A DNA stretch of 64,000 nt from Hydrolagus colliei (lineage: Eukaryota). Shown here piece after piece: positions 1 through 12,671 of the stretch. Numbering within the stretch: position 1 is the first letter of the stretch; the number at the start of each line of letters is the position of its first letter. The stretch covers positions 57,040,001 to 57,104,000 of the forward strand of contig CM068745.1 in assembly GCA_035084275.1 (NCBI GenBank), in the 5' to 3' direction. The notes under the pieces were generated by a model. The model was not told where the DNA came from and did not search any database. It saw only the letters and a list, made by a program, of their open reading frames with translations. The translations under genes were made by a program, and so were the position numbers.

Positions 1-1319
1 TCATGGTAAGGTCACAAGATTGGTTTGGAACTGTCTGTCTGTCTATGTACATATCTATACATCTATGTATATCAGCGCCTTGGGACGTCCTCCTGACAAG
101 AATGGCGCTCTATTATTATAATTATATAAATATAGTAATATAATATATAAATATAATAATTATATAAATATAGCTATGTATCTGCTGTAATACCTCAATA
201 ATCCAACATTCTGCCAACATCCTAAAACAGGAAAATTTCAAAATTTAAAGTGTTAGATTTTTTTCCAATTTCCGACAAATCTCCCAATCAGCTGCTTGTA
301 GTACATGCTGGCGTCGCTCTGCCATCTGGCACTGTGGTTGAAGCTCGGGCATTTTTTGGCTTCAGTACTGTGTTTACAGCACACATGGTGTATGGGGCAG
401 AGCTTCCCCAGCCGTGGAAAGTGATCCACCAATCGACTAACAACTGGGTTCCTATTAATTGCTGGTAAACACTATTATTTTATTATTATTGTACAAGAAA
501 TCAAATAGAGGTCCAGTTTGTGCATCCTCAGATGGACTTTAATGAGTCATGATACTATTGTAAAGAGAAGGCAATTACAACTCTGATAACAGGGAATCTG
601 TTTTCTTCGTCAGACCTTCTCGAAGAGCCACCAAATAGCAATCATTCATAAAACCTAATATTTGTTTTCCATCTTTGATTGAAATGAGAATTCTAGATGC
701 GTATTACTGATATTGCGAGCAACTGATTTGGGGCCAGTAATGGATTTTTCCATTACTCGAAAGGAGCCATAGGTAACGTTACACAATAACTAGATTTGAT
801 TAGATTATACAATTGGCTGCATAGTCACATAAAGAAGAAGGACATACAACAAACAACAAGAAAGTTACATTTATAGAGCGCCTTTCACATCGGGAGGACA
901 TTTATGACATAAAAGGACATGTGTACCTAACAATCAATAAAATCTGCAATTCACATTTCCTGAATAATGCTAATTGAGTCACCATCAAAGTAGCAGTGGA
1001 AAATCCTCCTACTTTTAATGACACTTTTATGATAATACAAAGGATGTATCTCTGTGCACAACTTAGAAACATAAGGCATGTACACAGGGGCAGATGTTAA
1101 ACCTAACTAGGAAGGCAACTATCTTGCAGCTTCACTAACTGAAGAAAGAAGGAAATAGTCACAACACAAAATCAACACAGATTACAGAAACAACAGCAGA
1201 ATAAAGGCAAACCATTTAACAGAATTGGAAGAGTCTGAAGGTTTTTTTGTTCAGCTGCATGTCTTGTACATGCTGAAATCCTTCACCATGCTAAAGAGTA
1301 TCCAAAACAAACTAAAAAC

Positions 1320-1640
1320 CTATCCTATTTACCTAATTCTAGAGGGTATTTGGCTTAGGTTGGTGAAAGCCAAGGTTTAGGGACCCCACCGTGTGCATTG
1401 CAGTCTAAAACCATGTATCTTCCATTGATATCAGTGTATATCAAGCTTTCCTACTATCCAGTTATCCAGCTAGGACCAACCGTTAGGCCTTTGGCTTGCA
1501 GGGTTAACAGAGGTGAGAGGGATGATTCCCTGACCCCATTGATTGGTCTGCCCTTCTAAGTCCCGCCGATGAGCTAGGCTGGCTATGCTGTCACCATCAG
1601 CATCTGAACTGATTTTGACACATGGATAGCAGTTTTCAGT
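1320..1640 (+). repeat. Old unclassified interspersed repeat, copy 1
   Basis: Shares blocks (ggttgg..aagcc, gctaggacca, tgcagggttaacag, tggtctgccctt) with 20373-21020, 39030-39215 (-) and 60950-61165. Confidence 0.65.
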
Positions 1641-4600
1641 AACTTTGGCTAAGTGATTTGGCTAAATAAATGGTCTGATGTAATCAGGTATCAAATATGC
1701 AGAGTAAACAACAACATATTTCAATGACTTCAACACTTGCTGAAAAGGTATCAAACTCTTTAAACAGGAAAATACAAAATGCAAACTACATGTAAATGAT
1801 ATGTGTTGATTTATTCATTGACATGGATAAGATTGATATGTAACATGTTTCCGTGGATATTCACACATGTAATTCTGGTATTAAATGAATAAAATCCATC
1901 AGTGTCAAAATAAAATGTATGCAACGTTGGCACTGGATTCTCTATTGCCCTGTCAGTGAGACGAGAGTAAGAAAAGAGAGATTTGGAGAACTTCAAAAAC
2001 AGGAGTCATGAGAGAAATAAATAATTACACATCTTCCACTTTAATAATCTGTTGAGTACTTTTATGAGCTTGAAGGGATGATGTTTTTCCCCTACTGTTG
2101 AATATGATTTGTTGAGCCTTCCAACAAATATATTCAAAAATTGTAAGTGTAAACTGATGAAAACAATTTTAAAATAGATACAATAATTATTCAGTTTACT
2201 ACATAGTCATTTTGAATTCCCTAAAACCTTCACGTTTTATAGGTACACAGCATGAGACAGATCACTGAGCAATGATGTTTTGTTGCTCTACCAGTTGCCT
2301 AAGATCGAAGAGTTTAATTTTTCAAAAGTATTTTTATTTCTAACATGCAGTTCTAATGCATCTTACATATCCTGTGATTTGCATGTATCATATGCATCCT
2401 TATTCCTTAAAATCTCACAAGCTATGTGAACTTTTGTAATCTGTGTGACAACAATGCAAGCAACTGCTATTTTAAAACCTTGGGTGGTGTAGATTAGATG
2501 TTCTAATCTGGTCTTGCGTCTACCTATTTTCTAAATAAGTCACTGACATGAGCTCCAATGAATTATATTATTTTTAAGCATCCTAAAGTTAAGAAATGTA
2601 GATAAAGAATTGAATATATAAACAAATAGATGAACATCATATAATATTCCGAGCCATGATGCCCCATTTGTATTGGAAACCAGCCTGTGATTTAATTGCA
2701 ATATAATTTATACTTTCCTGCTGTTGTTTAGAGAGAGTCTGTCAGTTTTCCCCACTGTCTCCCAGGAATGATACTGTTTATATGTAACTGCAGCAAGATT
2801 GGCGGTGCGCTGTATTATAATTTCTGTCTCCACTGATGAACAGATAGCTCAAACATTGATAGTAAAATATGGTGCTTCCTGAAGTGTTGCACAGTGGTCT
2901 AGCTATGAAACTATGCTTCAGTGAAGTACTGTTTATTTATGACCTTGCTTGCTTTCATATGTTTACATCCATTACCTTGGAATAAGATCAGCCAAAAGCT
3001 GAATGGAGTTCATAAGAACTCTGTTAAAATCACGTTTAAAGTCACTATTCATTATCATTCAGTAGCTATTTTATTATAACATATATCGATATGCTCCATT
3101 GCATTGCTTGTTAGCAATCACTGATAAAAGTAACGATATTCTTATTTGAAATTCAGATACTATACTTTTCTTCTCCTGGGATAGTTTGTTTACTAGTTTG
3201 CATGTAATTCATCAGCTATGGCTTTTAAAAATGGTGGTGCAGGTCATTAGCATGCATTAGCATCTGTTATCCACGTTTGGCATGCATTAGCATCTGTTAT
3301 CACATAGCTTACAGTAGCTGTTTCCCAAATGGTTTCTTTTTTTGCATGATTCTGATTTCTGCAAATTCCTCACATCTTGGCTGAAAATATAGAGAATGAG
3401 GAAACACTTTTTAAAAAAAATATCCACTTAACATCTTGATTTGCTTTGCAAAAATAAATTTTCAAAATTCTTCTACAGAATGATGCACAAAGTCAATATG
3501 TTTTCTGAATGCCAAATTCTTTTGAAATATTCTGTCTATACAGTAGTAATTAATAAACCACATCTATGTATTTGCATTAAAAGAAACAAAAGTCTTTGGT
3601 TCATGAATAGAGGTAGTACACTTCAAAAGCAGTCTCTAGTGTCATTCAGTTGCCTATTTTCACCGCAGTGATTTTGATTCATGCACAACTGAAATTCCAG
3701 ACATGATTGGTGAATTTCAGCTCTGTTATAAATGCACAGATCATACACCAGGTGCACATTTGCTATGCATTTTGTACTACAGGGTAATTAACACTGGATG
3801 GATTCCAAAATAAAGCAAAGATCATCATGTAAATAGGATCCCCAAACTAATACATTTAAATTGCTTTGTTTTGCAAGAAACTGTGTTTTGGCACTGAAAG
3901 CATTTGTAACGTATTCACTAACTCATAAACTAAATGATTGATGCTGCATACAATTGTATCTTGGAGGTAGCAGTGCTCCAGCCTCTGATCTCTCTTTTCC
4001 GTTTTGATCTTTTTTTCCTTTATTTAATTACCAAATGGCTGCTGTCTGATCCAGTGTAACTTTAAATGTTTTCCTTTCTACTTTTCCCATAGGATGTAAA
4101 AAAACACAGCTTTAAAAAGGATGAAATCGTAAAAAATTATTGTGTTGTTTTGCTAAATAATGAATACTGTCTCATCTATATTGAATTATGATATGTGGGT
4201 AATTTAATTTGTACAATGATGTACAGCTTCATTCAGTGGTATGATCCTCTATACTGATGAATTTCTGATCTCAACAACAACAACCTGCATTTATATAACA
4301 CCGCTCACGCAGGATAGCATCCCAGAGCTCTCAGTATTTTTACTGTAAGAGGTGCTTCACCCAGTATCTCCCCAGAGAAGAAACACTTCTCAGGTTTGCT
4401 CTTGTACTATCCCCACCCTCCACCTCAACTGGCTGCCTCAGAAGCCTCATTGGTAAAATGGTCTGAGCAGGTTTTAGCATCAGCTCTTAATAGCACGTAA
4501 TCCTCTGCACTGAAAGGCAGTGCAGAGGAGAGCAATGAAGCTGTTCCACAAATAGAGGGATGAAATACGAGAAAAGGCTTTAGAATTCTCCAGCCTTAAA

Positions 4601-5351
4601 GAGGGAACTCCAAGATAATTTATTATAGAAGTATGCAAAATGAGATAGAAAAAGTAAACACAGAACAATACTTTCAGATATGCCAATGCATCATAGCATG
4701 TTTATAGTTATGTACGACAATGTTAGGACAGACACTAGGAGGTATTTCTTTACAAAGAAAGTAATGAACATCTGATTTACAATGCAAAGTCATTGAAACC
4801 AGGACAATTAACTAATTTCAAAGATCAGATTGATGCTGTAATGGGAAGATGGTTGGGTTGGTGTTCTGAAAGGATGGATCTAATTCCAAATCACTTTTCT
4901 GATAATTTCATTGAAAATGAAGAGCCAATACTGATGACAGCAGATGCTGCCTCGAACCACACCTAACTGATAGAATCAGGGATCCAAACAATTGAACACT
5001 ACATGCAAAAAAGGGGCCCAAATGCAAGGCTCTATGGGAAAAGTGTATGCTAAGAGCTGTTGAATATTTGCTTTAATTACATAATTGGTGCAAATATAAA
5101 GGGATTCTGGGAGGAGTTACTTGCAGATTTGAAAGAGAGTTTGAAAGACGTTGACTTGTAAAGTTTGCAATCTACAGTGAATCTACAGTGCATTTTGTGG
5201 ATTCAATAACATTACAAGAGCCTTTCACATCTATTGTCTACCACAAATAAATTTTCTGCACTGGAGTGGTATTTGTTGTTGCTTGCTTAGCCTCTAATGC
5301 AATCTACCATCTACATTTTGCCTACAAAATACACAATTATTGCTCCTGGAA

Positions 5352-6962
5352 CTAGGAGTCTGAAGCAAAAATCTTCAATTTAAATAGAGCCAACTTTGCT
5401 GGTATGAGAGAGGATTTAGCCAGAATAAACTGGGAGACTAGACTTAAAGATTTGACAGTAGACCAGCAATGGCAAACATTCAAGGAGATAGTGCAAAATT
5501 CCCAACGAGCACATATTCCTTTGAGGAATAAGAATGCCATGGGAAAGGTGGTTCAGCCTTGGCTAACTAGAGCAGTTAGGGAAAGTATCAAATCAAAAGA
5601 AAAAGCCTATAAAACAGCGAAGATGAGTAGTAAACCCGAGGATTGGGAGAACTTTAGGGAACAACAGAGGAGGACCAAAAAATTGATCAAAAGAGAGAAA
5701 ACAGATTATTAGGGTAAACTAGCAAAGAACATAAAAACAGACTGCAAGACTTTTTATAAATATATAAAGAGGAAAAGGCTAGCGAGGGTGAATGTGGGTC
5801 CATTACAGGCAGAGACGGGAGGAATTATAATAGGGGACAAAGACACGGCGGAGTCATTAAACAAGTATTTTTCTACCGTCTTCACCGTAGAAGACACTGG
5901 AAACATAACAAAAATAGAGGGGAACCAAGAAAACAATGCTAGCAAGCAACTTAGGGAGATTAATATTAGTAAAGAGATGGTTCTAGGTAAATTGTCATGT
6001 CTTAAAACTGATAAATCCCCTGGACCGGATGGCCTGCATCCTAGAGTTTTAAAGGAGGTGGCTACTGAGATAGTGGATGGCATGTCTATAATCTTCCAAA
6101 ATTCTGTGGATACTGGAAAAGTCCCCATTGATAGGAAGATTGCAAACGTAACTCCACTATTTAAGAAGGGTAAGAGAGAAAATATGGGAAACTATACAGA
6201 CCTTTTTTAAATAAGGAGACCAACAGACCAGTTAGTCTGATGTCAAATGTAGGGAAAATTCTTGAGTCCTTAATAAAATACGTAGTTATGGGATACCTTG
6301 AAGACCATAAAAAGATTAGGCAGAGTCAACATGGCTTTACAAAAGTGTAAGAGTAGGGAAGTCTTGCTGCAACGTGCAAGGCTCTGGTGAGACCGCACCT
6401 AGAGTATTGTGTGCAGTTTTGGTCTCCTTATTTAAAAAAGGACATACTTGCCTTAGAGGGGGTGCAGCGTAGATTCACTAGGTTAGTTCCTGTGATGAGG
6501 AGACTGACCTATGAGGATAGGTTGAATAAACTAAGGCTGTATTCTCTAGAGTACAGAAGAATTAGGGAGGATCTTATTGAAACATATAAGATTCTTAAAG
6601 GGCTAGATAAAGTAGGCACTGACAGACTTTTTCCCCTGGTAGGAGAATCTATAACCAGGGTTCATAGTCTTAAAATTAAGGGTCAGCCTTTTAGAACAGA
6701 GTTGAGGAAACATTTCTTCACTCAGAGGGTAGTGAATTTATGGAATTCACTACCCCAGAAGGCTGTAGATGCTCAGTCCTTGAACATTTTCAAGGCTGAG
6801 ACTGGTGGATTTTTGAAAAATAGAGGGATTAGGGGATATGGAGATAGGGCAGGTAATTAGAGTTAGGTGAGAAGATCAGCCATGATCTTGTTGAATGGCA
6901 GAGCAGGGTCAAAGGGCTGAATGGCCTACTCCTGCTCCTAATTCTTATGTTCTTACGTTCTT
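5352..6962 (+). mobile_element. CR1 LINE ORF2 remnant, internally deleted, with intact 3' end
   Basis: Translations PWLT..., [53 protein letters not shown]. In-frame stops present. The RT core is missing at ~6345 (HGFTK joined directly to the C-terminal part). Ends in a (TTCTTATG)-type microsatellite tail. Confidence 0.95.
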
Positions 6963-7065
6963 TTGAGTTGCAAGGACAGTAGTTATGTTTGCAGATTACA
7001 CCAAGATAACAAAGGTGGTAGAATGCAAAGCTAAACAAGATAGGTTACAGGAGGATTTTAACCTA

Positions 7066-7383
7066 CAGTAAAAGGCCGTTTATCTGGCACTCTCCGGGGG
7101 TTGACTAATTGACTGTGTTGGATAATCGGGCGGCAAGTTGCCGAAAACCCAACACAAAAAATTTACTTATTTTAATACATACCATATTAATAACATACTA
7201 AATAGTAACATAATATTGTATGGTTACTTTCTAATAAAGATTCCAGCACACTCGGTTAAAAACCCAGAGTTCGTAAGTTTAATAAGTGCGCATGCAAAGT
7301 GAGCATTGCTAGAATGGGGAATTGCCCCGGGAGGGGGTCACGCAATCCGGTTGTTCGGGTCACGGATAAATGGGCTTTTACTA
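7066..7383. mobile_element. Non-autonomous Tc1/mariner-pogo (Tigger-like) MITE, 318 bp
   Basis: Imperfect TIRs CAGTAAAAGGCCGTTTATCTG / CGGATAAATGGGCTTTTACTA, TA on both sides (7064-65, 7384-85). Removing it restores CR1 QEDFNLLGN*ADRWQMKF. Confidence 0.85.
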
Positions 7384-7899
7384 TACTTGGAAATTGAGCA
7401 GATCGATGGCAGATGAAATTCAGTGTGGAGAAATGTAAAGTACATGGGGACAAAAAATTACTAATATTTGAACACAAGGAAAATAATATGTATGGAAAAT
7501 AAAAGCGATCTGGGAGTCCTGATTGACAATAAATTTAAGCTCTCCTAACAATGCTATATGCGGCAGTGAGTAAAGCAAACCAGATGTATCAAAAGATCAA
7601 TAACAAGCCAAAATAGTGGGGTAATCTTGCCACAGTATAAATCATTAGTGAGACCACATCTCGAGTAATGTGTACATTTCTGGTCGCCGCATTACAAAAA
7701 GAATATTGGAGAAATCGAAAAGATACAAAGGAAAACAACCAAAATGGTTGAGAGAATGGAGGGACTCAACTATGAAGCGCGACTAAGTACATTGTGCATG
7801 TTCATGCTGGCTTTTAAGATTCTAAAGGATCTAGACAATATGGATCATGTTTCAACTTGTCCCGAATAGTAAAACCAGAGGACATGGCCTGCAATTGAA

Positions 7900-7924
7900 G
7901 GGGGGGGGGGGGGGGGGGGGGGGG
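7900..7924 (+). repeat. G25 homopolymer
   Basis: Direct read; lies 3 bp before the duplication start. Confidence 0.95.
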
Positions 7925-9260
7925 CGTAAATTTAGAACAAATCTATGCAGTGAGCATACAGTAAACCTGTGGAGCAGGTTCTCTAGGGAGACAGTTGAAG
8001 CAAAAAATGTTCATTCTTTGAAACACAGAATAGATCATTTTCTTTTAAGAAATAAAATTATGAGATATAGTACAAAGGTAGTTCGGGGTATATGTGCATG
8101 CAACCACCAGGAAGGTGGAAGGCTAACTGGATGGATCTTGGGGGTGAGGGTGGGTTTGTCTAGCATTTCTTAATGTTCTTATTACATTTTGTAGTAAATC
8201 CTATGAAGAGGTTTGAGACATGCTCTCAAAGTGAAATGTAGGATTATTATTTATTATTATTAATACATCTCCTTCTCCTGCTCTACGAGAATATAATAGA
8301 TAATGACTGTTCCATCCATGCTCTCCAAAACCCAAATTCTGTACTCTGAAATCTCTCCTAGCGTGATTATTATGAACTGTTCGCTAGCTGTAACAAATCT
8401 TTAGTTATGTGCTTGTATGAGAAATCCTATTATATATGTACCATGTTAAGTGCCTGCATCTGTTCAGCAGTACACGATAATCTCCTAGTCTCAATTCATT
8501 GGCTTCATTCTTTTTACTTAAGTATACACTTTTGATGTGTCTCCTTAGCTCAGGACATTCGCATAGATTTCTCTTTAAGAACTTCAACAAACTCAATTGA
8601 CTTTTTAAAAAAAGGCAATTTACTTTGTGTTGTGAGAGAAACCATTTCAGAAGCTTGACTAAATATTTATTTAGCAAAACCATTTGACAGACTGCTTCTG
8701 CTTGTACGGGAGGGTCACCATTTTGCTCAAATTAGTAAACAAAGGAATTTGGGGCCTATTTATATTTGAACCCTGCATGTTGAGATTGGTAAATGATATT
8801 GCACAGGGTTTGCCTGACATGTTATATAACATTCAAATTGATGAAAGTTTGCTTGTTACTAAAAGTAGTTCTGATTTACGATATACTCTGAATCCCATGA
8901 TGAGATACTTCTCTTGTAGTCACTGTCACGCACCGATTATTTTCTATTTATTCAGGGAAAATAAAAATGATGTTTTAAATGCATGACTGAATTGAATGCA
9001 TCATAGCCAACCACAATAAGATATGAGGAATTGCTCTGCTTATGTTGCTAACCATAATTCACTTGTGACTTTGTTACTCAGGAGTTATCCTGTCAGTTTC
9101 ATTTGTGGAGATGTTTATCAAATGTGATAAGCAGCCCTCCATAGTTTGTGGAAATAGAGTGTTTATACTTTTTGTGATTTTCTTTTTATCCAACCACATA
9201 TTTGAATCTATATTTTCAAATTTATATTGATAAATATCCACTTATATTAATACCATTTCT

Positions 9261-9737
9261 AATGGGGTCACAAACGCAGCCTGTGAAGTGTTAATTAACA
9301 TTGGTAATAATGATCACTGGTGCTAATCATTGTGTTATTCCAAGTTATGTCCTGTTAGTGCCTTAATTTATTGACTGCTCTGTTGATGTGATCCCCACCA
9401 TTACAGTCACATTGCTCAGGCAATACATCAGTCCATGGTCCTTGTTGTACTTGTCAGTCAAGGATCGTGGCATTGAAGTGGCAGTTATGGGAATATCAAT
9501 TCAATTAAAAAAAACTTTAGAGTTACTTTTCAGATATTACTAACTAGCACTTCAATTTGCAAGCCAGAAAATCCAATGGTAGCTAAATTTTGTGATCGGG
9601 TGAGTAATGGGTGGGTGGGTCAGCGTGTCCACCAGAGAGCAGTTTTTATAATACATTGACAAGGCATAATTTTCAACAATGTCATAATCATCACCAGTTA
9701 ATTAACACATCACAGGTTATGATGTTCACCCCAATGT
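9261..9737. repeat. Degenerate long inverted repeat, probable old MITE (second copy at 14005-14481)
   Basis: Arm atggggt...cctgtgaagtgttaattaac (9261-9330) pairs with gttaattaacacatcacagg...accccaatg (9668-9737). Confidence 0.55.
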
Positions 9738-11029
9738 ATAATTAAAAATGTGAATAATGATTTTACTGATAGGTTTGAGAGGCACACATGTGCCATTTCA
9801 GCATGGGACAGCAACTACCTATTGCATTTTCTTACATGAAAAAAATCTATTCTATCAAACCATACAGAGATGAGGTATCCTCACTGGCTTACTGCTGTTT
9901 GACAAACCTTTTAATTACAAGTGGTTTCAGAAGTTGGTCAAATATTGACTAATTTACAGACAGAAATAATTGGATATCCAAAGGGTAAGCTCAGAGCATC
10001 TCTGTGGAATTCAAATCAGAAACAGTAGATTGAGCAAATCCAGATTCAATCTGCTTGATCTATTTAGATTTGGACAAGATCTGCTAAAGTCAGGATATAT
10101 GGGGTCAATTTTCAGAAGATGCAGAAATGCCTGAAATGTTTCATTTGGTTTTAGATAGTATTTGAGGCAGATTTCTATATGTGATGAATTTTTGGTCTAT
10201 ATTCCTGACAGCTTCTAAGCCTTAAGACAAAAATAATTCTCACTTTATTTCTAGAGATGGGTCCACATGATTTACTCTTGTCTCCAAAAGCAATTTTTTT
10301 GTCAAATCGTAACCATGAGGGAAAATAGTTTAAGATTATATTAGCTTTTTAAACCAATCACAGGCATAAGTTGACTACAAAAGACTTCTAAACAGGTATG
10401 AGGGACTTTTAAACATCATCTTTGATACATTAGATGTTCTCATTCAATTGATCTATTGCATCTATTCAATTCTGTCTGATTTGTATTTTCTCATTATAAA
10501 AACAAATTGTCAAAGTTGGTACCAAGGGAAATATAACTAAGTTATGATTTTGTCAGCAATCCTTATACAGTATAAGTGTAATCACACAGCTCACAGAATG
10601 TATGTTTTATAACTGAATACATGTACTTTGTACCATAAGAGAATGCTGTTCATTTTCTGTATTGTATAACAATAATAGTAATAATGCTTGCATTTGATAC
10701 GTTGTCTTATTATGCTGTTGAGATGTCTCAAAGTAGTTTCATGGAATATAATGTAAATCACGTAATGTAAATAATGTTTCGCCCAATACATTGTCCCAGT
10801 GTCCCACAAACAGTCAAGGAGTGTTTTTTTTTATTTGGGTGATTCTTGGCAAGGGTACTGGAAAAAAAATATTTTCTCTTTTCAAATAATCCCAAGGGAT
10901 TTCTATCGTCCACTTGAACAAGAAAGTGGAACCTCTGTTTCAAATATCATCCAAAGTAATACACTGATAAAAACAATAATAAATTGGTCACTTCAATCCA
11001 GAAAGGACAGTGCCCAGGTTCCTGACTGA

Positions 11030-11400
11030 CTTGTAGTGTGCATCCTCAGATGCAGATGCTGTCAAAGCCTGAGGTGCAGAGTTGCTGGTGCCAGCCAATC
11101 AGGAGGGCCTCAGTATTGCTGACGTTCAGCTGCAGAAAGTTGTCTCTCATCCAGGACTTGATCCCTGACAACAGTTGTCCTGAAATCAAGGGTGGAGGCA
11201 GACATAGAGTTGGGTATTATCCGCGTATGCATAGAAATTGACCCATGATGTCACCAACGGGAAGCATTTAGATGTTGGAAAGGAGAGGGCCAAGGACATG
11301 GCCCTGGGATATGCCACACAGGATGATGGCTGAAAGAGAAACCATTAGCGGAGACAAATTGGAGATGGTGTGAAACATAAGACCTGAACCAGTCAAGGAT
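11030..11400 (-). mobile_element. L2 LINE RT fragment (also duplicated at +4744)
   Basis: GISQGHVLGPLL (variant of [12 protein letters not shown]), YADN and FLQLNVS remnants. Confidence 0.8.
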
Positions 11401-11485
11401 AGAACAACAACAACAAGAAAATTACACTTATATAGCACCTTTCTCAAGGCCTTTCCCAAGGGATGGGGTCAACAGCAACAAAATT

Positions 11486-11640
11486 AAACAAAAAATACTA
11501 CAGATGCTGGAAATCTGAAACAAAAACAGAAGTTGCTGGGAAAACTCGGCAGGTCAGGCAGTATCCATGGAGAAAGGAAAGTGAGTCAACGTTTCGGATC
11601 CATGACCCTTCGTCAGAACTGGAAAGTGGAACCTCTGTTT
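11486..11640 (-). mobile_element. Short Penelope-derived 3'/pLTR insertion with a hammerhead-like fold (duplicate at 16230-16384)
   Basis: Homologous to 33481-33618; perfect TSD cagcaacaaaatt(a) at 11473 and 11641. Confidence 0.85.
11584..11620 (-). ncRNA. Minimal type-I hammerhead ribozyme-like motif (duplicate at 16328-16364)
   Basis: Minus strand reads agtt CUGACGA A GGGUC aug GAUCC GAAA C GUU gacu: core boxes, stem II, short stem I and a palindromic loop-less stem III. Confidence 0.7.
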
Positions 11641-12057
11641 CAGCAACAAAATTACATTTATATAGCGCCTTTCACATCGGGAGGATGCCCCAAGGCACTG
11701 GAAGGGAACCAGATGGTGTGATGCATTGTCAATATGATGGTGATGAGGGAGGAGTGGGAGACAGGTTTGAAAATGTGGAAGGAGGAATGGGTAGACGGTC
11801 GAAGGTGGGGGTAGATGCGGAGGGATTGATGGTTGGGAGGGTAGAGGCAGCTGCACGGATTCCCTCGATATTAGACTTGAGGAATCCAGCATCCAGTTTC
11901 GCTCACAAATATACAATCAATTTATTTTTACAATATATTCTGTGAAGCACTTTCAGATGTATAGAATACACTTTCAGATGTATGTGAAAACAACTATATC
12001 AAATGCAAGGATTATTATTATTAATATAACAAGATTAGCAATGCTGAGTAATTCACA

Positions 12058-12260
12058 CCTAATAATAATCCCTAAAATAATACAATAATAAAATGGTCAT
12101 TTCAATCCACGACTGTTTGTGGGTACTGCTGTGCACAATTGGCTGCCGCGTTTCGCTCAAAATTCACAGTCAATTCACAGTATATTCTGAATATATTCTG
12201 TGAAGCGCATCTAGAAGATGTGAAAAATGCTATATCACATGCAAGGATTATTATTATTAT
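12058..12260 (+). mobile_element. 5'-truncated Deu-type SINE with L2-like tail (duplicate at ~16802-17004)
   Basis: ctgtttgtggg..ctgctgtgcacaattggctgccgcgtttcgc core; tail gcaaggattattattattat. Confidence 0.8.
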
Positions 12261-12671
12261 CCTATGAATGAACAAAATGGAATTTTAAAGGTGAATTTTC
12301 AGAATCAAATCACAAGATCACAAAAGAAGCGCAGATGAAGATATAGCTCTCTGGCCCTCTGTCTCTCTGTGTAATATATTGTTCTAACCCTATCATCTTC
12401 CAGTGAAAGCATTAAACTGCTTTCTAGATTAATCTAGGACATGGGAATTGTACTCAACGGTATTTAGAGAGACAAAGAAGGAGATTTGAGACTTAGTGAC
12501 AGATATTTTGAAGGAGTCAATTAACATTCAGGAGTTTGCAACAGACCGGATGGGAACAAGGAAATATGGTTCCCATATTTCTTTAAAAAAGGTGACAGAC
12601 CTAAATCTGAAAGCTGTAGATGGATTAGCTTGCCCTTTATGATTCAAAACGGAATGACATAAATCACTAGA

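Larger units (their letters stand above)
6965..8183 (+). mobile_element. Older CR1 LINE 3' fragment, interrupted by a MITE
   Basis: Degenerate FADDTK (MFADYTK), RWQMKFSVEKCKV, LVRPHLE and TRGH motifs; tail catttcttaatgttctta. Confidence 0.85.
7928..12671 (+). repeat. 4,744-bp tandem duplication, copy 1
   Basis: ORFs recur with identical translations at +4744 (e.g. 8405 and 13149, 11463 and 16207); junction ctagaaaatttag at ~12667-12679. Confidence 0.97.

Noticed and set aside
3250-3305. Short tandem duplications (also ~5130, 11948, 22655, 27850, 36086, 47375)
   Set aside because: Ordinary slippage or repair duplications of 11-30 bp with no sign of function
8405-8986. Duplicated divergent ORF pair as genes
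   Set aside because: No recognisable domain; the recurrence is explained by the 4,744-bp duplication
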